From: Promethearchaeota archaeon
GTDB taxonomy: Archaea; Asgardarchaeota; Lokiarchaeia; Sigyniarchaeales; SOKP01
Assembly (NCBI GenBank): GCA_048938895.1
Contig: JBHLLU010000015.1
Coordinates: forward strand, 17,055-81,054
Direction: 5' to 3'
DNA: 64,000 nt
Under the pieces are notes generated by a model, which had not been told where the DNA came from, made no database searches, and worked only from the letters and a program-made list of their open reading frames with translations. Of this stretch, positions 28,862 through 39,100 are shown piece by piece (the first letter of the stretch is position 1; each line of letters begins with the position of its first letter). The position numbers and the translations under genes were made by a program.

Positions 28862-30502
28862 CTAATCTTCATCCAAATCAATAATATTTCCGATATTTAG
28901 AGTTAAAGATGGATCGAGAGCTTTCTTGATTTGACACATCTCATCGAGATCATTTTGACTATACATAATTTTTAAATATTCCTTTTTTATTTTTCCAATT
29001 CCATGCTCTGCAGATATAGATCCACCATAATCTACTGCCTTTTTCGCAAATTTTTTATAGATTTCTTCTCCCAATTGCAACTCTTTCATGTTTTTAGGAA
29101 GAATATTTACATGAACATGATTGTCACCTAAATGACCAAATATTACATATTCAAGATTTGCTTTGCGTAAAGTGGAATGATAATAATGCATCATGTCTCT
29201 AAACCGATTTTCAGGTACGCTCATATCAGTTCCGAGTTTGTGCAACTCTGGGAAATTCTGTTTACGTTTAGCGATTGTTGCATTAATATACTCTGGTAAT
29301 GCATGTCTAAAATCTTTAAATCTTGTAGAATCCTGATCCTCAAAACTTGACCAGCCATTTGATAAATCTGCATTACAATTGTCTGTCATCTTAGTTAATT
29401 CATCAAAAATTTGATCCAACTTTTCCTCAGAATAATCTAAATCAAAGAAAATTGCTGATTTAGCATCTAAGGGAATTAAAGGTATATCTAAAGTTCTAGG
29501 TTCTTCCTTTTGAACTTTTTTCATAAGATTCAGGGATTCTTTTGAAAAGAATTCTATAAATTCTGGGCACAAAACACTATTCCTTTTCAGTAATTTACCA
29601 AAATTAATAGCATCCTCTTCAGAATTAAAGAATAATACATTATACATTAATCTTTTCTTTTCAATAATCCAAATCTCTATTCGAGTAATGATTCCTAAAA
29701 TCCCTTCACTACCAATAAATAAATCGATTAAATCCATTTCAGGTTCTGAATAAATTCCAGCCGCATTTTTCACTGATGTGTTGAAGGAATAATTTGGAAT
29801 TTTGTAGCGAACTTTTTCTCCATTAGGATTATTTATAATAAAAACGCCTTCTTCTGAGGCAAAATGTTCTCCTCGCTGGATGTCTAAAATGTCTCCATTA
29901 CTTAAAATAATCCTTAATCCCTTGATCCATTCTCTCGTGGATCCGTACTTCAGAGTTCTTGCTCCAGAAGCATTGGTAGCAACTGTTCCCCCAATAGTAG
30001 CAGTCATTTCAGTTGGATCAACTGGATAATGAAATTTTTCTTTTGTATCTTTAAATTGTTTAATAGCATTAGGAGTCAAATCTGCTACATTTTCAATTTT
30101 TTTTTTTGCTAAAATTTCGTTTATCTCATTTAAAGTGATCCCTGGTTCGACTTGAATAAAATAATGGCTTTTATTAGAATCAAAACCAAATCCAATTAAT
30201 CGATTCATTTTTTCAATAGATAAAACAGAACCAGAATTGGGAACGCTTGCTCCCACAATTCCTGTGCGAGCAGCACTAATATAAGTTCTAATATTATTAA
30301 CACGTAGAAAATTTAATACGCATAATATTTCAGCTTCTGATTTTGGAAAAAATAACCAGTCTGCCATACCTTCTGATTTACTCTCATCTATGAGATATGC
30401 TGGAAAATCTTTTAAGATTTTAGATTTTCCATGAATGAAATAAATATCATCAAATTTAATATCTATATCTAGCTTAATTGAGTTAATAATATTACTCAAC
30501 AA
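28862..30502 (-). CDS. FAD-linked oxidase (GlcD/D-lactate dehydrogenase family)
   Basis: ARTGIVG, PVDPT, TIGGTVATNASG, GSEGILGII, FGHLGDNHVH, SAEHGIGK. Confidence 0.92.
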   Translation of the reverse strand: MLSNIINSIKLDIDIKFDDIYFIHGKSKILKDFPAYLIDESKSEGMADWLFFPKSEAEILCVLNFLRVNNIRTYISAARTGIVGASVPNSGSVLSIEKMNRLIGFGFDSNKSHYFIQVEPGITLNEINEILAKKKIENVADLTPNAIKQFKDTKEKFHYPVDPTEMTATIGGTVATNASGARTLKYGSTREWIKGLRIILSNGDILDIQRGEHFASEEGVFIINNPNGEKVRYKIPNYSFNTSVKNAAGIYSEPEMDLIDLFIGSEGILGIITRIEIWIIEKKRLMYNVLFFNSEEDAINFGKLLKRNSVLCPEFIEFFSKESLNLMKKVQKEEPRTLDIPLIPLDAKSAIFFDLDYSEEKLDQIFDELTKMTDNCNADLSNGWSSFEDQDSTRFKDFRHALPEYINATIAKRKQNFPELHKLGTDMSVPENRFRDMMHYYHSTLRKANLEYVIFGHLGDNHVHVNILPKNMKELQLGEEIYKKFAKKAVDYGGSISAEHGIGKIKKEYLKIMYSQNDLDEMCQIKKALDPSLTLNIGNIIDLDED

Positions 30503-30604
30503 ATTATTTATAAGTCTATTTAAGATTAAATATAGTATAATTGAATAATTTTATGTTGAATTATGAGTTTGAATTTTAAAGGAATAACGAATTAAAATCG
30601 AAAT

Positions 30605-31501
30605 TCATTTAATTATATAAACCAATTTTTCCCCTTCTTGTTCTTCTAGGTTTAAATCACGTCTAACTGCATTCCTAACTAAATAACCAGCAACGTGGAG
30701 AATTGAGTCTTTTAAAATAGAGTCTTGATCCATTGAGGCATTACAAGGATAGGCATGATGGGCTTTACTTATTCTTTCATTCAATGAAAGTTTACCGCTT
30801 TTACCATTCTTAAAGTATTTTGATTTTAACTGTTGACAGATATAATATGTACTGCCACAAGGTGCTGATTGTAACACACACTTATCTTCAATAGATTCTC
30901 CATCCTTACTTAACAGGAAAGAAATAATTGGAACTCCAATTTTAAAATGATCAATAAACTTATGCACATTAATGTGCTCCTTTGTAAGATGAAATCCAAT
31001 TTTATTATGTTCATTTAATTCCTTACTCAGGGCGCAAAAAGGTTTAGGAAACGCAGCCTGAATACCATTTTTTTCAAAATCTTCAAGAACCTGGACTTGT
31101 AGTCCTGCTGGGACCCACTTGGGATTTTCAATTGGTATTATTACTGCCTTCAAATTTTCTCTATTTTTAAGATAATTGGGGAGACCAGACAATAAATCTT
31201 GGTGGATCCCAACAATTAGTATGAAATCTACAGATGGAAGATTTTTTGGGAGAAAGTCTTCAGGTTCTTCAATAAAATCTGGAACATTTTCACCAACTTT
31301 TTCATAAAAATAAATTGAACTTGAGAAACTCTTTAAATGTTCCCTACATTTATCACACTTTACATTTAACTCTAAGTCCTCACAAGCTTTACAGAATTCT
31401 TCACTATTTATGAGATTTCCAACAAATTTTTGTGCTAGCATCTCAGTATCAGGATCAGTCCCATACAAAATCCCAATCGTATAATTTTTGTCAGTCAACA
31501 T
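30605..31501 (-). CDS. DUF166 family protein
   Basis: PDFIEEPEDFLP, FPKPFCAL, SAPCGST, HHAYPCNASM, LHVAG. Confidence 0.8.
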   Translation of the reverse strand: MLTDKNYTIGILYGTDPDTEMLAQKFVGNLINSEEFCKACEDLELNVKCDKCREHLKSFSSSIYFYEKVGENVPDFIEEPEDFLPKNLPSVDFILIVGIHQDLLSGLPNYLKNRENLKAVIIPIENPKWVPAGLQVQVLEDFEKNGIQAAFPKPFCALSKELNEHNKIGFHLTKEHINVHKFIDHFKIGVPIISFLLSKDGESIEDKCVLQSAPCGSTYYICQQLKSKYFKNGKSGKLSLNERISKAHHAYPCNASMDQDSILKDSILHVAGYLVRNAVRRDLNLEEQEGEKLVYIIK

Positions 31502-31623
31502 TAGAAGGAAACTAATTAGTGTTTTTATTTGTATTTTTAATAATTTATAACAGATTTAAGAGTTTAGCTGAACATGTTCATATTTTAAAACAAATTTTAT
31601 TCATCATAAAGATTCAATATTTT

Positions 31624-32085
31624 CTAAGACTCTTCATAGGAAGCCATTGTACTCTTACTTTCTCCTACTTTCACCACAATAGTTTTATTTGGGTAAAGTT
31701 CTTTTAATTTAGTATGAATATATTTTGCTAACAATTCACTAGTAGTTGCAGGCAAAGGGAGAAAAAAGATGTCAGTGCGTGGAAATACATATCTCTTTCC
31801 AGATGAAATTATTTCTACTGAATAATCGTCTTCATTGTTTATCTTTAAATCCTTTGACTTCTCAGGGATTAATATATAATGATCTAAGGGACTAATTATT
31901 TCACTTAACCTTTTATTCAATTCAATGAAATCTACCACGAAATAATTATTATCAAGTTTATCACCTATCTCAACAGACACATAATAATTATGACCATGAA
32001 GCCTTGAACATTGATCAGGCTCTTTTAGGAAATGACATGCACTAAACTTTATTTCCGTTGAGTCCAAAAAAACTTTATGCCCCAT
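31624..32085 (-). CDS. queD: 6-carboxy-5,6,7,8-tetrahydropterin synthase / PTPS family
   Basis: FSACHF, CSRLHGHNY, VVDF..L, LDH, TTSELLA, V.E. Confidence 0.88.
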   Translation of the reverse strand: MGHKVFLDSTEIKFSACHFLKEPDQCSRLHGHNYYVSVEIGDKLDNNYFVVDFIELNKRLSEIISPLDHYILIPEKSKDLKINNEDDYSVEIISSGKRYVFPRTDIFFLPLPATTSELLAKYIHTKLKELYPNKTIVVKVGESKSTMASYEES

Positions 32086-32211
32086 AATTCTAACTAATTA
32101 GATTATTCTTTAAAATAGTTTGGATTATTATAGTTTTTATAATTTATGTTTAAAAACAATAAATATAAGGAAAAGATCAATTCATATAGATATATTTTAT
32201 TTTGAATAAAT

Positions 32212-33783
32212 ATGAATGATGCTAAAATTTTAGTAATTACAGGCGCGAATGGATACTTGGGTAAGCACACCATCGCAGCAGCAATTTCTAGAGGATGGGA
32301 TGTTGTAGGTATAGTAAGACGTAAAGAAGCAGCTAAAGATGTAGAATCATTAGGCGCGAAAGTGTCATTAATTCAAGATTTTAGCATCCATTCGCTCAAA
32401 AATATACTTGTGGGTTGTAAAGCAATAATACACTTCAGGGGAGTCGTTTGTGGATCTAAAGAGATATTTGAAAACGTGAACGTGGAAGGGATGAGGATAT
32501 TAGTCAATGCTGCTGAAGAAATGAATGTTTCAAGGATTATTTTTCCTTCTGGATTGGGAGTTCATTTATATGGTGAGGCCAACTGGGCTTCTAATGAATA
32601 TTTTCGCTCAAAGATCGAGGCTGAGAAGATTCTAAATGAAAGGAAAGTTCCTTATATAATCTTTAGACCTTCTTATATCTTAGGACCTGGTGACGAATTA
32701 ATTCCAGATTTAATTGATCAAATAGGAGACGGCAATATAGAAATAGCTGGAGCTGGTGATTTACCTTTGCAACCTATTTATGTTAAAGATGCTGTGAATG
32801 CATTTCTAGCAGCTGCAGAAGGAAGAGGAAAAGATAATCAAGTGTACGATCTTGTTGGTCCCCAAATTATAACTATGCGTAAATTAATTGATCTGATTGT
32901 AAAGAATATGAAGAATTTAGGATTTAACGTACCTCCTCCAAGAATTCACTCTATACCATATGATAACGCTGCAAAACAGCTTGAATTATGTAAGGAGATG
33001 ATTGACGTTATGCAATGTGATGTTACGTCTGATGGTACTATAGCAGCAAAAGCTTTAGGTTATAATCTCTCTAATCTTAATGAAGCAATTCAAATGTCAA
33101 TAAAAGATAAGTTATTCCCAAGTGTAATTCAATCATCACAAAAAGCAATAGTAATGTTCTCTGGAGGAATTGATTCCACCACTGCTCTTTATTGGGCAAA
33201 AAAAAAGGGATACGATATAATTGCTCTTTCAATCAACTATAATTTACGACCAAAAAGAGAAAATGAAGCAATGTTAGAAATTGCAAACAGATTAGGGGTA
33301 GAAGTAATTGAGGTTCCTATGGGTTTTTTAAAGGAAGCAATTGATTTAAGATTAGAAGGATTTCCTATTCCTAGTGTTGTTCATTCTCCAGAAGGCTTTA
33401 TTCCATCGCGGAATCTGGTTTTTTATTCAATTGCAGCTTATTATGCTGAAGTTTATGGCTGTAACTATATTATTGGGGGTCACCTCTCAGCAGATACAGA
33501 ACAATTTCCTGATGCTAATTTGACTTTTTTTCAATCTCTCGAGTATTTAATAAATAAAGGCAAACATAAACGAGACAAAACTAAAATCGAAATTCTCCTC
33601 CCGTTAATTAATTTGAGGAAAATTGAGGTTGTAAAGTTAGCTAAGGATTTAAAAGTTCCTATCGAATTAACTTGGAGTTGTTATAGTGATGGAGATAATC
33701 CTTGTGGCCAATGTTCATCTTGCCTGAAGAGGATACAAGCGTTTCATGAACTTAACACAAATGAACCAGAATTATCTGGATAA
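32212..33783 (+). CDS. queC: Fusion: NAD(P)-dependent SDR/epimerase domain plus 7-cyano-7-deazaguanine synthase QueC
   Basis: N-terminal TGANGYLG, YFRSK, RPSYILG, QPIYVKD. C-terminal SGGIDST, IPSRNLVF, FPD, TWSCY..PCGQCSSC. One continuous frame. Confidence 0.9.
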   Translation: MNDAKILVITGANGYLGKHTIAAAISRGWDVVGIVRRKEAAKDVESLGAKVSLIQDFSIHSLKNILVGCKAIIHFRGVVCGSKEIFENVNVEGMRILVNAAEEMNVSRIIFPSGLGVHLYGEANWASNEYFRSKIEAEKILNERKVPYIIFRPSYILGPGDELIPDLIDQIGDGNIEIAGAGDLPLQPIYVKDAVNAFLAAAEGRGKDNQVYDLVGPQIITMRKLIDLIVKNMKNLGFNVPPPRIHSIPYDNAAKQLELCKEMIDVMQCDVTSDGTIAAKALGYNLSNLNEAIQMSIKDKLFPSVIQSSQKAIVMFSGGIDSTTALYWAKKKGYDIIALSINYNLRPKRENEAMLEIANRLGVEVIEVPMGFLKEAIDLRLEGFPIPSVVHSPEGFIPSRNLVFYSIAAYYAEVYGCNYIIGGHLSADTEQFPDANLTFFQSLEYLINKGKHKRDKTKIEILLPLINLRKIEVVKLAKDLKVPIELTWSCYSDGDNPCGQCSSCLKRIQAFHELNTNEPELSG

Positions 33784-33869
33784 ATCTAAAAATGATTAAT
33801 GAAAATAGACAATTTATAAGCAATTAAATTTATTTTATAGTATTAATATTATTCTCTAAGAATAACTCC

Positions 33870-34538
33870 TTGATTTTTATGTTAAAAACTAATGGTACTG
33901 AAGAGAAGGAACTATTTGAAAATATAAGAGTAGTATGTCCCACATGCAATAAAAGTAAAGAATTGAAAATCCCAAGTAAAATCATTAATCAAAGTAAACA
34001 ATTAACAACGGTTTCTATACCTTCAGGTGCTGTATGTGAACATAGTTTTCAATCCTTCGTGGATAAGAATTTTAAAGTACGTGGATATCAAAAAGTTGAT
34101 TTTGAATTTGCTCATATGGAATTTTACGAAGGTGGTGGTGATTCTTTAGAGACGTCCGTAGAGGACCACATTTCAACAATGACCTCTTCACATTTATTTC
34201 AAGAGATAGTTAAAATACTCAGAAACTTTGTAGATGACAGAGAAATCCTAGGAAGTGGTATCTTTACTACTGATGGTAACGTTTTATATTCTTCACTCCC
34301 AAGCACTACTCTCTTTTCAATTACTAAAGAATTTGAAGTACGTAGTGAGAAGAAACTGAGTGCTTTAAAAAAGATGTATTTGGAATTAGAAAACAACCAA
34401 AAGATTTGCTCTAGTTATATTGATATCCAAGATAAAAGGTTTGCAGTGGTACTATTTTTTTCCCATTTGGTGAAATTAGGAATGGGAAACTTATATCTTA
34501 ATGATTTAGTTAGAAAAATTAAAAGTTTAGAAAATTAA
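33870..34538 (+). CDS. Zinc-binding domain plus roadblock-like domain protein
   Basis: CPTC...CEHSF..FVDKNFKVRGYQ; C-terminal EILGSGIFTTDGNVLYSSLP is roadblock-like. Confidence 0.72.
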   Translation: MIFMLKTNGTEEKELFENIRVVCPTCNKSKELKIPSKIINQSKQLTTVSIPSGAVCEHSFQSFVDKNFKVRGYQKVDFEFAHMEFYEGGGDSLETSVEDHISTMTSSHLFQEIVKILRNFVDDREILGSGIFTTDGNVLYSSLPSTTLFSITKEFEVRSEKKLSALKKMYLELENNQKICSSYIDIQDKRFAVVLFFSHLVKLGMGNLYLNDLVRKIKSLEN

Positions 34539-34552
34539 ATAAGAGATTTTTT

Positions 34553-35005
34553 TTAAGCTTCAAATGTTACAGGTTTTAGCGCTTTTTCAGGACAAAGTGC
34601 TTCACATCGCCCGCAGCCTTGACAGGAAGCAATTTCTCTGAACTTAAATTTTATCCCTTCAATTTCCTTTTTTTCTTTATTTTTTACTTTATCTTTATAA
34701 AAAAGATTTTTAGGACAAAAATTTCCATTTTCATCTAGACATTCTTCACACATAGTGCATTTTTCATGATCTACTTTAATACTAACTACTTGATCGGGAC
34801 GAGTAATAGAAGTGACTTCAACAGCATTTCTTGGACACACAGTAACGCAACTAAGACATGCACGGCATTTAGAATAGTCAACTAAACGAATACTATGCTC
34901 AAAATATATAGCTTTAGCCTTACATGCTCGTAAACATCGTTCACACCTAACACATAATTCCTGATTTATCTGTACAGGAATAAATTTCTCCTTTATTCTT
35001 CTCAA
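34553..35005 (-). CDS. Polyferredoxin (four 4Fe-4S motifs)
   Basis: CVRCERCLRAC, CRACLSCVTVCP, CTMCEEC...CP, CQGCGRCEALCP. Confidence 0.9.
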   Translation of the reverse strand: MRRIKEKFIPVQINQELCVRCERCLRACKAKAIYFEHSIRLVDYSKCRACLSCVTVCPRNAVEVTSITRPDQVVSIKVDHEKCTMCEECLDENGNFCPKNLFYKDKVKNKEKKEIEGIKFKFREIASCQGCGRCEALCPEKALKPVTFEA

Positions 35006-35161
35006 TTTTTATCTAACTTAGGTTGTTGTTTAGCTAAATAATCCATTAACCTAATTTTTTCTAATTCTTTAAATTTTATATTAATCTTTATAAGCTTTCG
35101 TAAATGAACTAAATAACTCTTAAAATAAATAAAAAAGATTTGAAATTAAAATAAAAATTGA

Positions 35162-35962
35162 TTATTGGAAATATTGAGTATATTCTTTACCTGTACCCGG
35201 TAATTGCTGCTGTTTTTGATACTCATGTGCTTTTTGAGCTAATTCTAACATTTTAGCTTTAATTTCTTTCCCTTGTTCGATTAAAGCCGCGGTATCTACT
35301 TTCAAATCATATATCTTATTCAAAACTTCTAAAATACTAGCAGCACCTTCAGGTGTAGGAATTTCTAAAACTGGAGTGAATAATGCATAAGCATTTAATC
35401 GGTTTGTAAGAGCTTCGTTTAAAACTGTAGCTTCCGGACCGACTATAATTCCTTTCTCTACTTTAGTAATCCCAAATTTTTCTAGATGTTCCATCATTGT
35501 CTCTTCTGCCGCATAATAAACAGGATATTCTTCAATGATACCTCTTTGAGGGATTCCTTGAAATATCACAATTTCCTTTGCACGAACATCTTCAGATAAT
35601 GCCCAATTACAAATTGTTTTTGAAAGATCGTTATATGCTGATACAACTTGGAAGGGGACTTCACAGACGCCAATTAATAAGTTATGTTGGGGGGAATAAA
35701 GTACTCTAAAAGGATGTTTTAAAACGCCCTCATAAAAAACAGAAATAGGAGGTAGATATTCACTAGTGATAAAACCTATTTCTTTTGCATCTGGAAGCTG
35801 TTCGATTAGCGTATTAGCAACAATAGGACCAATAAGACCTATCCCTGCAAAACCTAAAACTAATGTTGCCCCCTGCTTAATTTCTACAGAAAGATCATCA
35901 ATTACAACAGAACTTTTTTTACCTTTCTCACAGATATATTCTTTCTTGACCAAAATATTCAC
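35162..35962 (-). CDS. Proteasome assembly chaperone PAC2 family
   Basis: LGFAGIGLIGPIVA, IGFITSEYLPP, HPFR, PEGAA.IL..L, L.VDT..L..Q. Confidence 0.88.
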   Translation of the reverse strand: MNILVKKEYICEKGKKSSVVIDDLSVEIKQGATLVLGFAGIGLIGPIVANTLIEQLPDAKEIGFITSEYLPPISVFYEGVLKHPFRVLYSPQHNLLIGVCEVPFQVVSAYNDLSKTICNWALSEDVRAKEIVIFQGIPQRGIIEEYPVYYAAEETMMEHLEKFGITKVEKGIIVGPEATVLNEALTNRLNAYALFTPVLEIPTPEGAASILEVLNKIYDLKVDTAALIEQGKEIKAKMLELAQKAHEYQKQQQLPGTGKEYTQYFQ

Positions 35963-36117
35963 TTCTTCTTATTTTATTGGTAATTTGTTAATAGTTGAAT
36001 TAAATATTAGAATTCTATCATATTAATATTAATTTTATTTTTTAAAATATCTACTGATTTTCTTCTAACCAAGTAATAAATCTTAAATGAAGTTACACAT
36101 TAAAAAAATAAATAAAT

Positions 36118-36651
36118 GTGAAAGTGAAATTTATGGAGATAAAAGATATAGCTGAAGGAGATAAAGCCCCTTTATTTAAATTAGAGTCTTATAATGCAGG
36201 TGATATTGATTTGGCAAAAGAAATAGGAGAAAAAAAGATTGTATTGATTTTCTCAAGATATTTTGGTTGCCCAATCTGTCAAGTGGATCTTAGAGAATTA
36301 ATGAACCGCAAAGCTGAAATTGAAAATAAGGATGCGAAAATTCTCTACATCACACAATCGGGTGAAAAAGTTGCAAAAGAGTATATTGAAAAGGAAAAAA
36401 TTGACTTCCCAGTAATCCCAAGTTCTAAGGATGAGTTGTATGCTGAATACGGGTTAGGTTTTATGACACGTGAAGCAGTTAAACAAATTCCACTTAAATT
36501 GAAAGAAGTACAGAAGCATGGATTCAAACATGGAGCTTATGAAGGGGAAGAAAAGCAAGGGCCAGGTCAATTTGTTATAGATAAAAACGGAACATTAATT
36601 CATGCATTAAAGGGCTGGCTAGATATCGATAGTTTACTTTCTGTACTCTAA
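36118..36651 (+). CDS. Peroxiredoxin-like / AhpC-TSA family protein
   Basis: GDKAPLF.L, FSRYFGCPIC, LY.EYGL, PGQFVID..G. Confidence 0.85.
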   Translation: MKVKFMEIKDIAEGDKAPLFKLESYNAGDIDLAKEIGEKKIVLIFSRYFGCPICQVDLRELMNRKAEIENKDAKILYITQSGEKVAKEYIEKEKIDFPVIPSSKDELYAEYGLGFMTREAVKQIPLKLKEVQKHGFKHGAYEGEEKQGPGQFVIDKNGTLIHALKGWLDIDSLLSVL

Positions 36652-36848
36652 TTATCAAAAATCCTATTTCTTATTTTTTTTCAAACTTTATAAAATCTTC
36701 TTCTCATTAATACTGAGGATATCATGAGCATATTACTTAATTTCAAAATTAAAAGAAAAATTCTTAATATATATCTAGATATTTCTCGGCTATTATCAAG
36801 GAATTACACGAGAAATACAAGAAAATTATATATGCAAAATCTTAAAAA

Positions 36849-37310
36849 ATGATGATTTCAAATTTAGATCAATTAAATAATACTCTTAAGAAAATTCCAA
36901 ATACATGCCACTCGAAATTTGCTCAAGATACACGGGATTGTCAAGATTGTAGATATAGGCATAAAGGAATTTGTAAGGCTTTTTTCGAACAGGAATTTGA
37001 AATCACTCATAAAATTATGGAAAATCTTGAGCGAGGAGTAGAGGTTATGACAAATCAAAGATTAGAGGATTCAGAACCCGTTCTTAATCTGAAAGATTTG
37101 TTTTATGAAATCAAGGTAGAATATAATAGAAATCAAGCGTCAGAAATAATGCAACAGAAGGCTAAATATGACAATTTTAAACTACTTGCAGATATCCAAA
37201 ATGTACTTCAAAATTGTAAGCATTTAACCGACAAGGATAGGTTAAATTATTGCACTACCCAACGTTATTTCATGAAACTATATTTACGTGAGATTAACAA
37301 ACCAAAATAA
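36849..37310 (+). CDS. Hypothetical protein with small Cys cluster
   Basis: ORF track; C..CQDC..C cluster; no family recognised. Confidence 0.5.
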   Translation: MMISNLDQLNNTLKKIPNTCHSKFAQDTRDCQDCRYRHKGICKAFFEQEFEITHKIMENLERGVEVMTNQRLEDSEPVLNLKDLFYEIKVEYNRNQASEIMQQKAKYDNFKLLADIQNVLQNCKHLTDKDRLNYCTTQRYFMKLYLREINKPK

Positions 37311-37347
37311 GTTAATCTTTTGAACATTTTAAAAGAGATAAAGACTA

Positions 37348-39039
37348 TCAATAATACTTCTTAACTTCAGTTATTACTAAATCAATTAAATCTTTAGTAT
37401 TTCTTATCCCATAGAAGGTGACTTTTTCTAGAAGAGATTTGAATTTATCTTTTGGTATTTTAGAAGCCCCTATGAAAAACCCAACTATCTTATGACCTTT
37501 TTGAACTAAATCAATCATGACTTTCTTAGATTTACTCCAATTATAGATTCCAAAATCAGTAATAATAAATACAAGAGATTTTCTTTCCGATTTATCACAT
37601 TGTTGACTAATTTCTTTAATTGGTAAGACTGTACCACCTCCTTGATATCTTAATAGTACACGTTCAGCTTTTTTGAAATCGGAAGTCCACTGGCAAATAT
37701 CAGCAGTATTAGAAAAGTTAATTACACTAAATTTTGAGCCTTTTCCTGCAGCATAATGAAGAGAGGCAAAAGCAGCAACTAATGCTGTATGATAAGGTCC
37801 CCTGCCTCTTTCTATTCGTGAAGTATAATTCCATTTCATTGAACCAGAAGAATCTAAAACGATTAATAAGTCTGGAATTTGTCTCTCTGTAAGATGTCCA
37901 GGTCCTTTTTCATAAGCCCATTTTCTCGTAGTCAGATTAGGGATAATAACAGGGCTATTAAGTAGAGTCTGAATTACATCTAAATCTTCTATAGGATCCC
38001 CTATTCGCCATACTTCTGGATATACAGGTAGCTGTCCACTTGGTTGTTCTTCAAGAATTTTTATTTCTATTAAGTTCTTCGCTATGCCTCTATACCACGT
38101 TGCTAACGGAACCCCATCCAATAAAATTCCCGCTTGCCTTGCGGGTCCACCATACTCAGAATAGGGGATGTTTTTTGCGAATTCTTCAGCTTTCTGTCTT
38201 CTTTCATCCTCATTCCCTTCTTTTAATTTATCAGTATTTTTATTTTCAAGGGGATTATCCATAATTTCCAGTACATCTTGAGGAACTTCAATAAATGCTC
38301 CTCCAGGACTCTTTATTTTTTCCTTACCTTTTCCACATCTTTCATGTTTGCCAATCATCGTAAACGTATCCTGTATTAAATGGTTCAAATGTCTTGCTAT
38401 AATAGAAACTTTTTTCTCCCAAGTAGACTCATCTTCAATGTCTTTCATAATCACTTTTGATACTCTCTCAGCTAATGAATCCACATTTTCCGAAGAATCA
38501 TCATTTATGATATCAACATTCCAAATTTTTTCATAAGCCCTAAACAAAAATTTAGAGAAATCACTCTTTTTTCCTTTATTCTTAATATTTTCATATGTAA
38601 CCCTTGCTTCCCATGTTATCAATTTTGGATATTTCTTATATAACTTATAATCAATAATCAGGTCTGCAAAAATATTTACAACAATCGGAGCATAATTGAT
38701 ATTAATATTTTGCATCGCTGCTCGAAGCAGTTTGGCATTAATTAAACCATCATAGGGAATAATTTGATAGTGAGATATTTCATGAAGAGATATAATCTGA
38801 AAGTAATCAATGTATTCTTGATCATCATTGAATAAGGGAACACTAGCAAGATTCATTGTTATTTGCCATTGATTTTCAGGATCAATATAGAATCCTTCTA
38901 GATGAGTATAATCAAAGACAAAATTAGGTTCACTTAATGGAGGATAATAAAATTCTGCAAGGGCTTTATTAAATGCGTCTTCAGCTAGTTTTTTTATTCT
39001 ACTCTCTTTACTACTTAAATCTCGACTTTTAGCTCGCAA
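37348..39039 (-). CDS. vWA-domain protein with N-terminal HExxH (zincin-like) motif; probable MoxR partner
   Basis: LHEISHY near the N-terminus; MIDAS LDSSGSM, GGT, ITD. Confidence 0.85.
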   Translation of the reverse strand: MRAKSRDLSSKESRIKKLAEDAFNKALAEFYYPPLSEPNFVFDYTHLEGFYIDPENQWQITMNLASVPLFNDDQEYIDYFQIISLHEISHYQIIPYDGLINAKLLRAAMQNININYAPIVVNIFADLIIDYKLYKKYPKLITWEARVTYENIKNKGKKSDFSKFLFRAYEKIWNVDIINDDSSENVDSLAERVSKVIMKDIEDESTWEKKVSIIARHLNHLIQDTFTMIGKHERCGKGKEKIKSPGGAFIEVPQDVLEIMDNPLENKNTDKLKEGNEDERRQKAEEFAKNIPYSEYGGPARQAGILLDGVPLATWYRGIAKNLIEIKILEEQPSGQLPVYPEVWRIGDPIEDLDVIQTLLNSPVIIPNLTTRKWAYEKGPGHLTERQIPDLLIVLDSSGSMKWNYTSRIERGRGPYHTALVAAFASLHYAAGKGSKFSVINFSNTADICQWTSDFKKAERVLLRYQGGGTVLPIKEISQQCDKSERKSLVFIITDFGIYNWSKSKKVMIDLVQKGHKIVGFFIGASKIPKDKFKSLLEKVTFYGIRNTKDLIDLVITEVKKYY

Positions 39040-39100
39040 TTCTGGTATCTAATTTATTTTTGAGTTCCTTTTAATTAAATCAATTAATCTCATATATAAA

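Noticed and set aside
36118-36651. Selenoprotein candidate (peroxiredoxin-like), also considered for genes ending in TGA
   Set aside because: The redox motif is GCPIC encoded by Cys codons; the TGA-terminated genes end at plausible C-termini and I could not identify a SECIS by eye.
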